Below are positions 17,076 through 26,380 of a stretch of 33,285 nucleotides of DNA, one piece after another. Numbering within the stretch: the stretch's first letter is position 1; each line of letters begins with the position of its first letter. Position numbers and translations under genes: made by a program. The notes under the pieces are model-generated. The model made no database searches, had not been told where the DNA came from, and saw only the letters and a program-made list of their open reading frames with translations. Source of the DNA: Pirellula sp. Lineage in GTDB: Bacteria > Planctomycetota > Planctomycetia > Pirellulales > Pirellulaceae. Where the stretch lies: assembly GCA_032116775.1 (NCBI GenBank), contig JAUMAI010000370.1:1-33285 (forward strand), given 5' to 3'.

Positions 17076-19682
17076 ATGACGCAGCGCCGCCGGAAAAAAC
17101 GATCCAATTATCGGGCTCAGCCTCGGCTGGAGTCTTTGGAATCGCGTTTGATGTTTGCAGCCTTGCCCTACGGAGCGCAACCGGGCGACACGGGCGAGTT
17201 TATGGTCGGTCGGATCGCGGTTACTCCAGTGTTGCTCGAAAGCGACGGCAGCATCGATCAAAACCTGTACAACTGGAACCAGTCGCAGATCGACCAAGTT
17301 ATGGGAAATCTGCGTGAAGGCTTGGATTGGTGGGTCAACCTTCTCGAAACCAAAACCACAGTCCACGACATCGAGTGGGTCATCGACGACAGGTTCGCTG
17401 TCACACCAGCCCCGACCTCTTATGAGCCCATCAATCGCGTCAGCAACGACTATCGATTCTGGGTTCGAGAATTCTTAACCGACCAAGGCTTCAACCAGAC
17501 GGGCCAGATCGATTCGGACATGAGAATGTTCAACGATGCTCAACGGCAGCGTCTGAATACGGACTGGTCCTTCACTATTTTTGTAGCGAACTCACACTTC
17601 GACGAGGATGGGCTTTTCGCTCAAGGTGGTTCATTCCGACGTGCCTTTGCGTTCGCCGGTGGACTTTACTTTGTTACCCCATCGACCCGCCCAGCCTCGA
17701 CCTACACGCATGAAACAGGACACATGTTTTGGGCTCGTGACGAATATGCAGGTGGAGGAAGCTACACCCAAAGACGCGGCTACTACAATACGCAGAACTG
17801 GAATGCAGCCGACAATCCAACCCCGGGCTTCGTTCAGCAACCCAGCATCATGGCTGCGGGCTCCATCCTCGATCAAGCCTACAGCCAGTTGACCAGTGCC
17901 GCTAGCACGTTGGAGCAACTGGGCTGGAGGGATTCCGACAGCGATGGAATTTTTGATGTCTTGGACGTTCCGATCCAGCTCGATGGCCAAGGTTTTTTTG
18001 ATTCGACGAACAAGCTCTATCGCTTTAATGGCTATGCGATGGTTGGCACGTTGCCCAATCTGAACTCAGCAGGCTTGCGCAACGATATCACGCTCAACCA
18101 AATCGCTCGCCTGGAATATCGCCTCGATGGTGGCGTTTGGCAAACAGCACAAACCATTAACGCTTACACAGCATCTATCGATTTGCAGATCCCCGTCTTG
18201 GAGAGTACGCAGCAAATCGAAATCCGAGCGGTCGGAGATATTGCGGGAATTGAAAGCCCAATCTTTGTTAGTGACGCAGATAGACCTAATATCACCAACA
18301 ACAATAGCATCAGCGGTGTTATTTGGATTGATGACAACCTCAACCAAACCTGGGAGGCCAGTGAAACTGGAAAATCGGACTGGACCGTTGAGCTTGTCGA
18401 CAATCAAGGCGTGCCCTTGTCACTGCAGACGCACGTCGACCCAAACGTCTTCGCTCCTGGTGAACTCCCCACAAACTTCAGCCCAAGGGTTCGCTTCTCC
18501 GCCACAGGCAACCAAGCCGATGGCCGAGTCGGTATCTTCGCTGATCCCGTAACAGAGCACGGCAATACCTTTCATTCCTATTCTGTCTTAACTAGTAACT
18601 GGTCGAGCGTTTGGACCGATAACTCGCAGCGCTTACAAGCCAACTTCACGAACCCTACTAGCCAAGTTGAAGTCGAAATCATTGGTGAAGGCACTGACTC
18701 AATGGGACGCATTGATGCCTTCAATGCATCTGGGCAACTCGTTGCTCGCTATACCACACCTACACTTGGCAATGGTCAACGAGTTACGATGCGTGTCGGG
18801 CGAGTTGAGAACGATATCGCCTATGTCATCGTCGGCGCCCAAGGCACGGGCAGAAGTATCAAGATCGACAACTTTCGCTTAGGCCCTAAAACAACCACAA
18901 AAACGGGCAGCAAAGGGCAATATCGCTTCGAGAATCTGCCCGCCGGCACCTACAACGTAAAGGCTCGCCCCTCGAGCTCTTCTTATCAGCTCATCGCGCC
19001 TGCCGGTGGAATCCACACCGTCACCTTGAGCAACGGCTTGCCCTCAAGCAATAACAACTTCGCATTCCAACACATCACCAGTCCATGGCAGAACCCAAAC
19101 TTCCGCTTCAATGTCAATGCGGATGCGATTACCAACTCAACTGATGCGCTGGTCGTCATCAACGCGCTCAACCGAATCGGTGGAAGTATCGTCCTAGAAG
19201 GGTCTGGAATTACAGCCCCACCCTTCGTCGATGTAAACGGGGATGGAATCCTCAACTCGATGGATGCTCTGCAGGTAATTAACTTTCTCAATGCCCAGGC
19301 CGGTAACGGCGAGGGAGATGATGACTCCAATAACTCAGGCAATAACCAATCCGGTAGCAATTCCGGTTCAGGATCGGGTGCTGCGGCTGGAAATGGCTCG
19401 GGAGCCAGTGAAGGTGAATACCTAGACGTATCGCTGACCGCCCAAAATCCAAACGCCTTCGCGATCCCCACCGGACGTCTCGCGGATATCTTACATCTCG
19501 GCAAACCGATTTTTGTGGGCCCTTTACAGTTCCGATCCTACCAGCCTCTCTCATCCCCACAAAATACACAGCCCAAGGCAGGGGGGAATGATATCGGTTT
19601 ACATGCGGAAGAGGATGAATATGAATGCAACCACTCGCTGAGTACTGATTTGCTACTGACCGATTGGGACGATTATGGCTGA
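17076..19682 (+). CDS. Large secreted/surface protein: putative HExxH zinc metallopeptidase domain, Cna-B/SdrD-like beta-sandwich segments, and a dockerin-like repeat pair
   Basis: 868 aa. The N-terminus MTQRRRKKRSNYRAQPRLESLESRLMFAA is basic with an LExR motif. HETGHMFWARDEY lies at nt 17709-17747. GQYRFENLPAGTYNV is Cna-B/SdrD-like. Two dockerin/EF-hand-like repeats (NVNADAITNSTDALVVINALN and DVNGDGILNSMDALQVINFLN) lie at nt ~19110-19298. These are followed by a Gly/Ser/Asn linker and the acidic tail ..LLTDWDDYG. Confidence 0.8.
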   Translation: MTQRRRKKRSNYRAQPRLESLESRLMFAALPYGAQPGDTGEFMVGRIAVTPVLLESDGSIDQNLYNWNQSQIDQVMGNLREGLDWWVNLLETKTTVHDIEWVIDDRFAVTPAPTSYEPINRVSNDYRFWVREFLTDQGFNQTGQIDSDMRMFNDAQRQRLNTDWSFTIFVANSHFDEDGLFAQGGSFRRAFAFAGGLYFVTPSTRPASTYTHETGHMFWARDEYAGGGSYTQRRGYYNTQNWNAADNPTPGFVQQPSIMAAGSILDQAYSQLTSAASTLEQLGWRDSDSDGIFDVLDVPIQLDGQGFFDSTNKLYRFNGYAMVGTLPNLNSAGLRNDITLNQIARLEYRLDGGVWQTAQTINAYTASIDLQIPVLESTQQIEIRAVGDIAGIESPIFVSDADRPNITNNNSISGVIWIDDNLNQTWEASETGKSDWTVELVDNQGVPLSLQTHVDPNVFAPGELPTNFSPRVRFSATGNQADGRVGIFADPVTEHGNTFHSYSVLTSNWSSVWTDNSQRLQANFTNPTSQVEVEIIGEGTDSMGRIDAFNASGQLVARYTTPTLGNGQRVTMRVGRVENDIAYVIVGAQGTGRSIKIDNFRLGPKTTTKTGSKGQYRFENLPAGTYNVKARPSSSSYQLIAPAGGIHTVTLSNGLPSSNNNFAFQHITSPWQNPNFRFNVNADAITNSTDALVVINALNRIGGSIVLEGSGITAPPFVDVNGDGILNSMDALQVINFLNAQAGNGEGDDDSNNSGNNQSGSNSGSGSGAAAGNGSGASEGEYLDVSLTAQNPNAFAIPTGRLADILHLGKPIFVGPLQFRSYQPLSSPQNTQPKAGGNDIGLHAEEDEYECNHSLSTDLLLTDWDDYG

Positions 19683-20083
19683 GCTAGACCATTTGATGCC
19701 ATCGATGCCCAGGGCTGAACTTGAGCGGATTTGTGATTTTCCTGACCATTCCAGGGAACCAATCGAAATGTCTGGTTTCTAATCCTAGCCGATCCTTCGA
19801 CATAACCTGAATATTTGATAAATTAGGCAATATAGAAAACAAGGGCTATTTTTCCTGAATTCAAAGTTTAGAAAAGGCCTTTTGATTGCATTGTTTTTTT
19901 AGGCCAATTAGTCTGAAACGAGCCTGTCGAGATATCGGCCGGGCCAGTTGATGCCCAATTCGCAGAATAAAAAGTTTGGGCCAGACAACGCCAACAACCC
20001 ATACGGGTGACACCCATCAGGGTTCACCAGTTACAGAGTAGTTTTTTTGCTCTCCGTTTCTGTCTCGTCTACCACTGGTTTAT

Positions 20084-23000
20084 ATGATGAATATGAAGCG
20101 TCGAAACAGTCGAACCAAGACCTCAAATAGCTACCGAAACCGACTGAAAGCAGCCCTTCGTCGCCAATTGCATTCGGAAGCATTGGAACGCCGAGACTTG
20201 ATGTCGATTGACGGCTTCAATCCGTATCACAACTACGACGCCCCCACCGACACCAACCGCGACTCCAACGTCAACTCGATGGATGCGTTGGTCGTCATCA
20301 ATGCGCTAAATAAGTTTGGCGGTTCCAAAGCCCTCTCCTCCGAGGGAAATGATTTGCCGGGCAATCGATTATTGGACGTCAATCGCGACGGCAACCTAAA
20401 CGCCATGGATGCCTTGAACGTCATCAATGATCTGCAAGCGGAAGGTGAAGGAAGCAAATTAGCAAGACTGTCATTCACCAAGACAGACATGCAAGGCAAC
20501 GCTTTGACCGGCTTTAATTTGCCAGTCGACACGAAATTCCGTCTGGTCGCCAATATCCAGGACTTGCGATCGGCCGACACTCCTGACATCGCACCCTTCG
20601 CCGAGGGCGTGTTCTCTGTCGGAACGTCTATTGTCAACTCGCATCCTGACTTGATTCGTCTCTTGGTAGGTGAAACACAGCGCCTAACCATCGGCAGCGC
20701 CGTCAATGGTGGCAGTTTCACATTGACCTACAATGGCCAAACGACCAGCGCGATTAATTACAATAACCCATCGACACTGGGAACGCGTATCAAAGCTGCC
20801 TTGGATCCAATTATCGGCTCGACGAACTTCCGTATTCGAACCGAGACCGTGGAGCTAAACGGACCACGAAATTTCCAAATCATTTTCCTTAATAACTTAC
20901 TCGATCAAAATATTGCCCCACTCACCGGCAACTTCAGTAACCTAACCACGACGAATCCCAATCTTCCATCCGGAGAAATTACGGACGATTTCTATCCAGC
21001 TGACCCACTCGTAGCTGGAGCGGTTAGGAATTCGATCGATTGGTTAACACCTCCTGAATTCCCTAATGACCAATCCCAGAACCTACAAGTCCCAGAGAAT
21101 GGTACTTACCTAAACTTCGCCGCCTTTAGAAACTTTGGTCAAGAAATATTGGATCCAGCGGCCGTTGCTCCTGCTTTCGCCTTGACCTTTAAGACGGTAT
21201 CCGAAGGACAGGTTCTGTTTGAACATAAATATGCAGATAGCGTGAAGGCTCCCGTTGGTCTACTTGGCGACGGTTTCGAGGAGCCACTCACAGAAGATCA
21301 AATCGAGTTTGCACCAACGACCGTCATTGTCCAACGCAACTTAACCGCGAAGGATGATACAGCAACCGTTGCTGAAGACACCACAACCTTCACAAACATT
21401 GATGTTCTGGCCAACGACAGCACCATCATTACGGGATCTGCTGGAGCGTTCTCGATTGTTAGCACGACCAATCCAACCAATGGTACGATTAACGTTGTCA
21501 CCGTGGGCGGCAAGCAACAGATTAACTATCGTCCGAATAGCAACTTCTTCGGTACCGATACATTTACCTACACGATTCGTAACCAGAACACTCCGCCTGA
21601 CACAGCCGTCGGAACAGTGCGGGTAACGGTTACGCCGGTTAATGATAATCCAATCGCCAATAACGATACCGTGAGTGCGACTGAAGACATTGTTCGTACG
21701 ATCACAGCCGATGAGTTACTTGCCAATGACTCGGCAGGCCCGGGCGAATCCGACGTCTTGTCTATCAGCACTGTAGAACGTGTTAGTACTACCGGTGGCA
21801 CAGTTGCTCTCGACGCCAACGGTAATGTGGTTTACACCCCAGCACTCGACTTCAACGGAGTATTCCGCTTCCGTTACAAGATCACTGACAATGGCGATCC
21901 AAGCAAAGAGTCCGTGAACTTTGGCACCGTCACAGTGAACGTCGCGCCCGTTAACGATGCTCCAATCGCAGTCAATGACCTATTTAATGGAGCTGCCAGC
22001 GCGGTCGAAGATGTACCGCGCACGATCAGCATCAGTTCAATCCTCAACAACGACCTTCCTGGTCCCACCACCGCAGTCGATGAGCAGCGTCCCAACCAAA
22101 CGGTCGTGTTGCTACCTGGAACCGTATCGGCAACCAGCGCCCAAGGTGGTACCGTTCAAGTTGTTGGCAACCAGATCATTTACACTTCTGCCAACGACTG
22201 GTCAGGTACCGATACTTTCACTTACAACATCGAAGATACTGGCTCTCCAGCTCTGTCCAGTGTAACTCTGGGCACGGTAACGATTAATGTCACAGCTGCG
22301 AACGATCCACCCGTCGCTGAAGATGATTCGTACGTCATTGATGAATTCTCTAGCGATAACGAACTCGATGTGCTTGACAATGACAGTCCTGGCTCGGGCG
22401 AAACAAACACTGATAGCTTGACTATTCAGTCTTTTACACAGCCTGCCAACGGCACCGTCACCAAGACCGTAATCGGTGGCCGAGACGTCCTCCTGTACAC
22501 ACCTAACTCAGAGTTCATCGGCGAAGATACCTTCAAATACACTGTAGTTGACCAGGGTGGCAAGACCGATGAGGCAACTGTAGTACTCGATGTTGTTCCT
22601 GTTGTTCGACCACGAGCGAGAAACGATCGGTACACGGTCGCCGAAGATAGCACCACAGATTTCAACGTGATGGCGAACGACCTAGCCAACATCGGCGGCT
22701 TCGAGACCACGCTGATAAGCTTCAATCAACCAACCAATGGTACGGTAACGCTGAACGATGGCGGAACCCCGCTCGATACGACTGACGATTCTTTGATTTA
22801 CAAGCCGGCAGCCGATTACTCCGGTAGTGACTCCTTCACCTATACGATCAACGATACCAAAGGCGATGGAAACAACTCGGTAGGTACGGTCTCGATCACC
22901 GTCACTGAAAAGAACGACGTACCGGTCGCTAATGATGACAGCGCGTCGACATCCGAAGATACTAACCTATCGATTCCCACCAGCACCCTTCTACAAAACG

Positions 23001-24685
23001 ATAATGCGGGTGCGCCGAACGAAAACAATCAGCAATTGACGATCGTTGACGTGACGGCCATTACCAGTGGTGGCACGGTAGCGCTCGAAAATGGCAACGT
23101 GGTTTATCGACCATCCCCGTTCTTCAATAGCCCATTTAGTGGACCATTCAAATTTACTTATCGCGTCCGCGATAATGGCACGACCGCCGGCAGTGCTGAT
23201 CCACAGACCTCAGCTGCAGCGACCGTTACGATTACCGTTTCGGAAGTGAATAATATTCCAGTCGCTGGAAATGACAGCGCGACCGCCGTTGAAGATCAAG
23301 TGAAGACGATTGCCCTGTCGACTTTGCTGACCAACGATCTTCCTGCTCCCGCTGGCGCTATCGATGAACAAACCCAAACATTGACGGTGACTACGGGTAC
23401 GTTCTCAACCGCGCAGGGTGGAACTGTCGTCATTGATGGCACCAATGCGGTGTATACGCCCGCTCCGTTCTTCAACGGACTAGACTCGTTCAGCTACGAG
23501 ATCACTGATAACGGCACCACTAACGGTGCTGCAGATCCTAAGAAAATCACCGCCGTCGTTAACCTAACTGTCTCCGAAGTCAATAACGCTCCAACGGCAA
23601 ACACCGATAACGTTATTGCTTACAAGAACTATACGATCGTATATGAACAAAAGAAGTTCTTGGCTAATGACCTGAAGGGGCCTGCCAACGAATCGTCACA
23701 GACGCTGACCATCATTGAGGTTTATCCAGTGACGGGTACGCTTGGAACAGTCACGCTGAATTCCAATGGAACCATCAGCTACCTTCCTCCAACCGACTAC
23801 ACTGGCCCTGATATTTTTGGATACAAGATTCGCGACAACGGCACTACCGCGGGAGTGGCTGATCCTCTGGAAGCCACTGGCGTTGTAAATCTCGAAGTTA
23901 GAGACTTTATTCCGTCAACCATTTCAGGTGTAGTTTACGGCGAAGAGACCGGAAACAATCAGATCGATCCCAATGAAAGATTTTTGGGTGGTGTACCTAT
24001 CAAGCTGGTAGGTACAGCTTTAGGTGAACCGATTGAGGAGACGACTTACACTCTAGCCGATGGTTCCTATTCATTTGAGGGCCTTCCACCTGGCAATTAC
24101 AGCATCGTCTTCTTACCACCAGCCAACATGGTTGATGGCGCGGACATCGCTGGTAGCCGCGGTGATGCCGATAATATAGACAACCAGTTCACGATCGACG
24201 TTGAACCACCAGGAGATGTCCAAGCTACCGGCTACAACTTCGCCCTCAACGGTCTCGAACTGAAGTATGCATTGCAATTGGACAGCCTAGCCTCGCCATA
24301 CTACTCGCGAGACACCAGCCTGCGAACCAATGGTATGTTCGGCATGATCCGAACAGGAAACAACATGGGCTGGACTGCCGCAATGGCCGGCTACGACCAT
24401 GTTGCCTTCGCGGAAATGGTTCTCAGCGATGACGGAACTCGACTTGTCTTGTCCGTCGTCAATAAGAACGAAGAGATTTTCACAACCGTCTTGAGCCGTG
24501 GTCAGTTCGTAAAGGTGCTCGATGCTGCAGGCAATACGCTGGTCCGAGTTTTAGGCAGCTACAGCAAGTTCAATTGGACGAAAGTGAACATCAATGCTAA
24601 CGCACCAATCTCAGCTCAGAAGTATCTTGACTCTGTCGAAATGATCTTCGCTCAGGAAGATTGGGATGGTATCGCTGGAAACTAG
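20084..24685 (+). CDS. Giant surface/adhesin-like protein: N-terminal dockerin-like pair, 8 cadherin-like/tandem-95-type repeats, SdrD/Cna-B-like domain, and an unassigned C-terminal domain
   Basis: 1533 aa. The basic N-terminus carries ..LHSEALERRDLMS. The dockerin-like pair DTNRDSNVNSMDALVVINALN / DVNRDGNLNAMDALNVINDLQ lies at nt ~20249-20437. Eight repeats are bounded by (V)N(D/N)xP(I/V)Ax(N/D)D motifs, each with a (Y)xPxxxFxGxDxFxY core. ISGVVYGEE...YSFEGLPPGNYSIVF is SdrD-B-like. The C-terminus ends ..AQEDWDGIAGN. Confidence 0.85.
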   Translation: MMNMKRRNSRTKTSNSYRNRLKAALRRQLHSEALERRDLMSIDGFNPYHNYDAPTDTNRDSNVNSMDALVVINALNKFGGSKALSSEGNDLPGNRLLDVNRDGNLNAMDALNVINDLQAEGEGSKLARLSFTKTDMQGNALTGFNLPVDTKFRLVANIQDLRSADTPDIAPFAEGVFSVGTSIVNSHPDLIRLLVGETQRLTIGSAVNGGSFTLTYNGQTTSAINYNNPSTLGTRIKAALDPIIGSTNFRIRTETVELNGPRNFQIIFLNNLLDQNIAPLTGNFSNLTTTNPNLPSGEITDDFYPADPLVAGAVRNSIDWLTPPEFPNDQSQNLQVPENGTYLNFAAFRNFGQEILDPAAVAPAFALTFKTVSEGQVLFEHKYADSVKAPVGLLGDGFEEPLTEDQIEFAPTTVIVQRNLTAKDDTATVAEDTTTFTNIDVLANDSTIITGSAGAFSIVSTTNPTNGTINVVTVGGKQQINYRPNSNFFGTDTFTYTIRNQNTPPDTAVGTVRVTVTPVNDNPIANNDTVSATEDIVRTITADELLANDSAGPGESDVLSISTVERVSTTGGTVALDANGNVVYTPALDFNGVFRFRYKITDNGDPSKESVNFGTVTVNVAPVNDAPIAVNDLFNGAASAVEDVPRTISISSILNNDLPGPTTAVDEQRPNQTVVLLPGTVSATSAQGGTVQVVGNQIIYTSANDWSGTDTFTYNIEDTGSPALSSVTLGTVTINVTAANDPPVAEDDSYVIDEFSSDNELDVLDNDSPGSGETNTDSLTIQSFTQPANGTVTKTVIGGRDVLLYTPNSEFIGEDTFKYTVVDQGGKTDEATVVLDVVPVVRPRARNDRYTVAEDSTTDFNVMANDLANIGGFETTLISFNQPTNGTVTLNDGGTPLDTTDDSLIYKPAADYSGSDSFTYTINDTKGDGNNSVGTVSITVTEKNDVPVANDDSASTSEDTNLSIPTSTLLQNDNAGAPNENNQQLTIVDVTAITSGGTVALENGNVVYRPSPFFNSPFSGPFKFTYRVRDNGTTAGSADPQTSAAATVTITVSEVNNIPVAGNDSATAVEDQVKTIALSTLLTNDLPAPAGAIDEQTQTLTVTTGTFSTAQGGTVVIDGTNAVYTPAPFFNGLDSFSYEITDNGTTNGAADPKKITAVVNLTVSEVNNAPTANTDNVIAYKNYTIVYEQKKFLANDLKGPANESSQTLTIIEVYPVTGTLGTVTLNSNGTISYLPPTDYTGPDIFGYKIRDNGTTAGVADPLEATGVVNLEVRDFIPSTISGVVYGEETGNNQIDPNERFLGGVPIKLVGTALGEPIEETTYTLADGSYSFEGLPPGNYSIVFLPPANMVDGADIAGSRGDADNIDNQFTIDVEPPGDVQATGYNFALNGLELKYALQLDSLASPYYSRDTSLRTNGMFGMIRTGNNMGWTAAMAGYDHVAFAEMVLSDDGTRLVLSVVNKNEEIFTTVLSRGQFVKVLDAAGNTLVRVLGSYSKFNWTKVNINANAPISAQKYLDSVEMIFAQEDWDGIAGN
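21341..23900 (+). repeat. Eight tandem ~95-117 aa Ig/cadherin-like coding repeats inside the giant gene
   Basis: Repeat boundaries read at about nt 21352, 21638, 21948, 22298, 22600, 22908, 23243 and 23576, with the end near 23900. Each repeat starts with xDD/NDx plus A.ED and ends with V.V..VND.P-type junctions. Confidence 0.8.
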
Positions 24686-24739
24686 TTTTCGCCGTTGCAA
24701 ACTCTAGTCAAGAGTTTGTCAACTCACTCAAAATTGAAA

Positions 24740-24773
24740 CCGAGCGTTGCTGATCAGCACGCTCGGTTTTTTT
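24740..24773 (+). terminator. Rho-independent terminator downstream of the giant gene (possibly bidirectional)
   Basis: The ccgagcgt(tgctga) / (tcagca)cgctcgg stem is followed by ttttttt, 55 nt after the stop at 24685. It lies between convergent genes. The minus-strand version is followed by a weaker T-rich tract. Confidence 0.8.
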
Positions 24774-24829
24774 GTCGACACTGAAGTAGCTCTTCTACCA
24801 CAGCTCAGTCGAGTTACGATGAGCCAAAG

Positions 24830-26110
24830 TTAAAACTTACTAGCGCGAGCATAAAGGTCGAGATCGCTTCTACCGCCAATCAAGGCGAATAACGCACGAA
24901 TTTGAGAGAAGCCAATCTGCAACGAAAAATCGTTGCGAAGACCAAAACTCTTGGCACCCAAGACGTAGTAATTGGGCTCAGTTGTCATCAATGAGTCTCC
25001 GCTCCAGCGAATCTCATCCAGCTCCTTATGCTCCTTAAGCAGTTTAGCGACTCCGACCGGTGCATCGGTTTCTCCGCAGCGCTGAATCCGCAAGCCTTCG
25101 ACGAAATCCCATTGTGGTTTGCCGCCCGTAGCAGAGAGGACGACATCGCAGGTTCTGGCAAGTGTTTCCTCAAAACCAGTCAGCATGGTTGCTGTAAGTT
25201 TACCACTCTCTGCACGATCGATCCGTTCAACGCCCCAAGCTGCAATAGGCACAACACCTGGGGTACGGCCTTCGAGCAAGCGATTACCGAGCTCAGCGAT
25301 TCGCCCAATCTCTTGACTCATACCTCCCTGAACTCGGGCCATTGGCGTCCGGACCGAAGGCTTACCATTCTCATCGGGTAGGGTAACCCAAGTCAAAGTG
25401 GTGCCAGGATTACTGACAATCATCTCTTGAATGGCTATCGCCGTGCTAGCGGCAGTAACTCCACTGCCGACCAACAACACCTCTTTGCCTCTGACAACAT
25501 CAGCCTGTTTTCCATTTACATCGATCCAGGCAGACTGAACCTGCTCCATTGTTTCGGGCAAAGCAAGTACGGCTCCACCGCCTGGAGCTAGACCTCGCCA
25601 GGAACTTTGATTACCCGTGGTATCGATCACGATATCTGCTCGAGCGCTCCATAGCCCTCGACTGCGTGAGTCGATCAAGATACGAAACTCGTCCCCTGCC
25701 CTCTCCTCACCTGGCGTATCATCGTCGCGTTGACTTTGAATACGACTGATAGAGAGAATTCGACTATGTACATGAACACCATCGTAGATTAAATCTGTCT
25801 TCGCTAGGGGAACCAGATAATCGTTGGCATAATCTGCTCCGGTAAGTAGAGCATCCGCCGCTGGTGGCCGATATGCGGAATCTTGAGCGGCTAAAGCGGC
25901 TAAGCCAAGTGAAGTACTGTTATGCCGGAAAGGTGAGAACATCCGCATATGTCCCCATTTGAGCACATTACCAGCCACTTTTCCGTGATCAATTAGCAAG
26001 ACTTCATAGCCCAAAAATCTTGCGTATAAAGCTGCTTCAATCCCAATAGGGCCGGCACCGATAATGGCCACAACTGCTGGACTATCAATCTCGGGATCCC
26101 AATCCGCCAT
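24830..26110 (-). CDS. FAD/NAD(P)-binding oxidoreductase (pyridine nucleotide-disulfide oxidoreductase-like fold)
   Basis: 426 aa. It has an N-terminal Rossmann motif VAIIGAGPIGIEAALYA...V.LID and a second dinucleotide motif VLLVGSGVTAASTA. No redox-active CxxC is visible. Substrate is unknown. Confidence 0.7.
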   Translation of the reverse strand: MADWDPEIDSPAVVAIIGAGPIGIEAALYARFLGYEVLLIDHGKVAGNVLKWGHMRMFSPFRHNSTSLGLAALAAQDSAYRPPAADALLTGADYANDYLVPLAKTDLIYDGVHVHSRILSISRIQSQRDDDTPGEERAGDEFRILIDSRSRGLWSARADIVIDTTGNQSSWRGLAPGGGAVLALPETMEQVQSAWIDVNGKQADVVRGKEVLLVGSGVTAASTAIAIQEMIVSNPGTTLTWVTLPDENGKPSVRTPMARVQGGMSQEIGRIAELGNRLLEGRTPGVVPIAAWGVERIDRAESGKLTATMLTGFEETLARTCDVVLSATGGKPQWDFVEGLRIQRCGETDAPVGVAKLLKEHKELDEIRWSGDSLMTTEPNYYVLGAKSFGLRNDFSLQIGFSQIRALFALIGGRSDLDLYARASKF

Positions 26111-26380
26111 GCTACTGCTCTAAGTCACTGAAAACGTGACGTCTTTCGTAATCAAAAGTGTTGAAGGTTTTACATCACCGTTATTCGGTGTCAACGAAAC
26201 TTATATTACCGACCGTTTAAAAAGCGATTCAGCAGCTAACAGATGCTATATCAGTCTGTGATGCGGCAACTATCGCCAAGCGCACAGCTGCCTTTTCCTA
26301 TTTACCCCTATATCGCTGCGATGCTGATATAGATTACCCCAGATTGCTCCGCTGTGTCAGGAGGTCTATCTCGGAGCCTT

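Noticed and set aside
19683-20083. The AT-rich 401 bp spacer between the giant genes as a site for a small gene, tRNA or mobile-element scar.
   Set aside because: It contains no ORF of meaningful length, no tRNA-like T-arm and no terminal inverted or direct repeats. It is most simply a promoter/leader region for the 1533 aa gene. I could not identify convincing -35/-10 hexamers with proper spacing, so no promoter is called.
20233-23028. Many 60-160 aa antisense or off-frame ORFs inside the two giant genes, for example 20233..20721 (-), 21298..21513 (-), 22426..22725 (-) and 18986..19504 (-).
   Set aside because: They lie entirely within long, motif-rich sense ORFs. Their Ser/Thr/Val-rich sequences are the expected mirror of the repetitive Asp/Asn/Thr/Val-rich sense frame.
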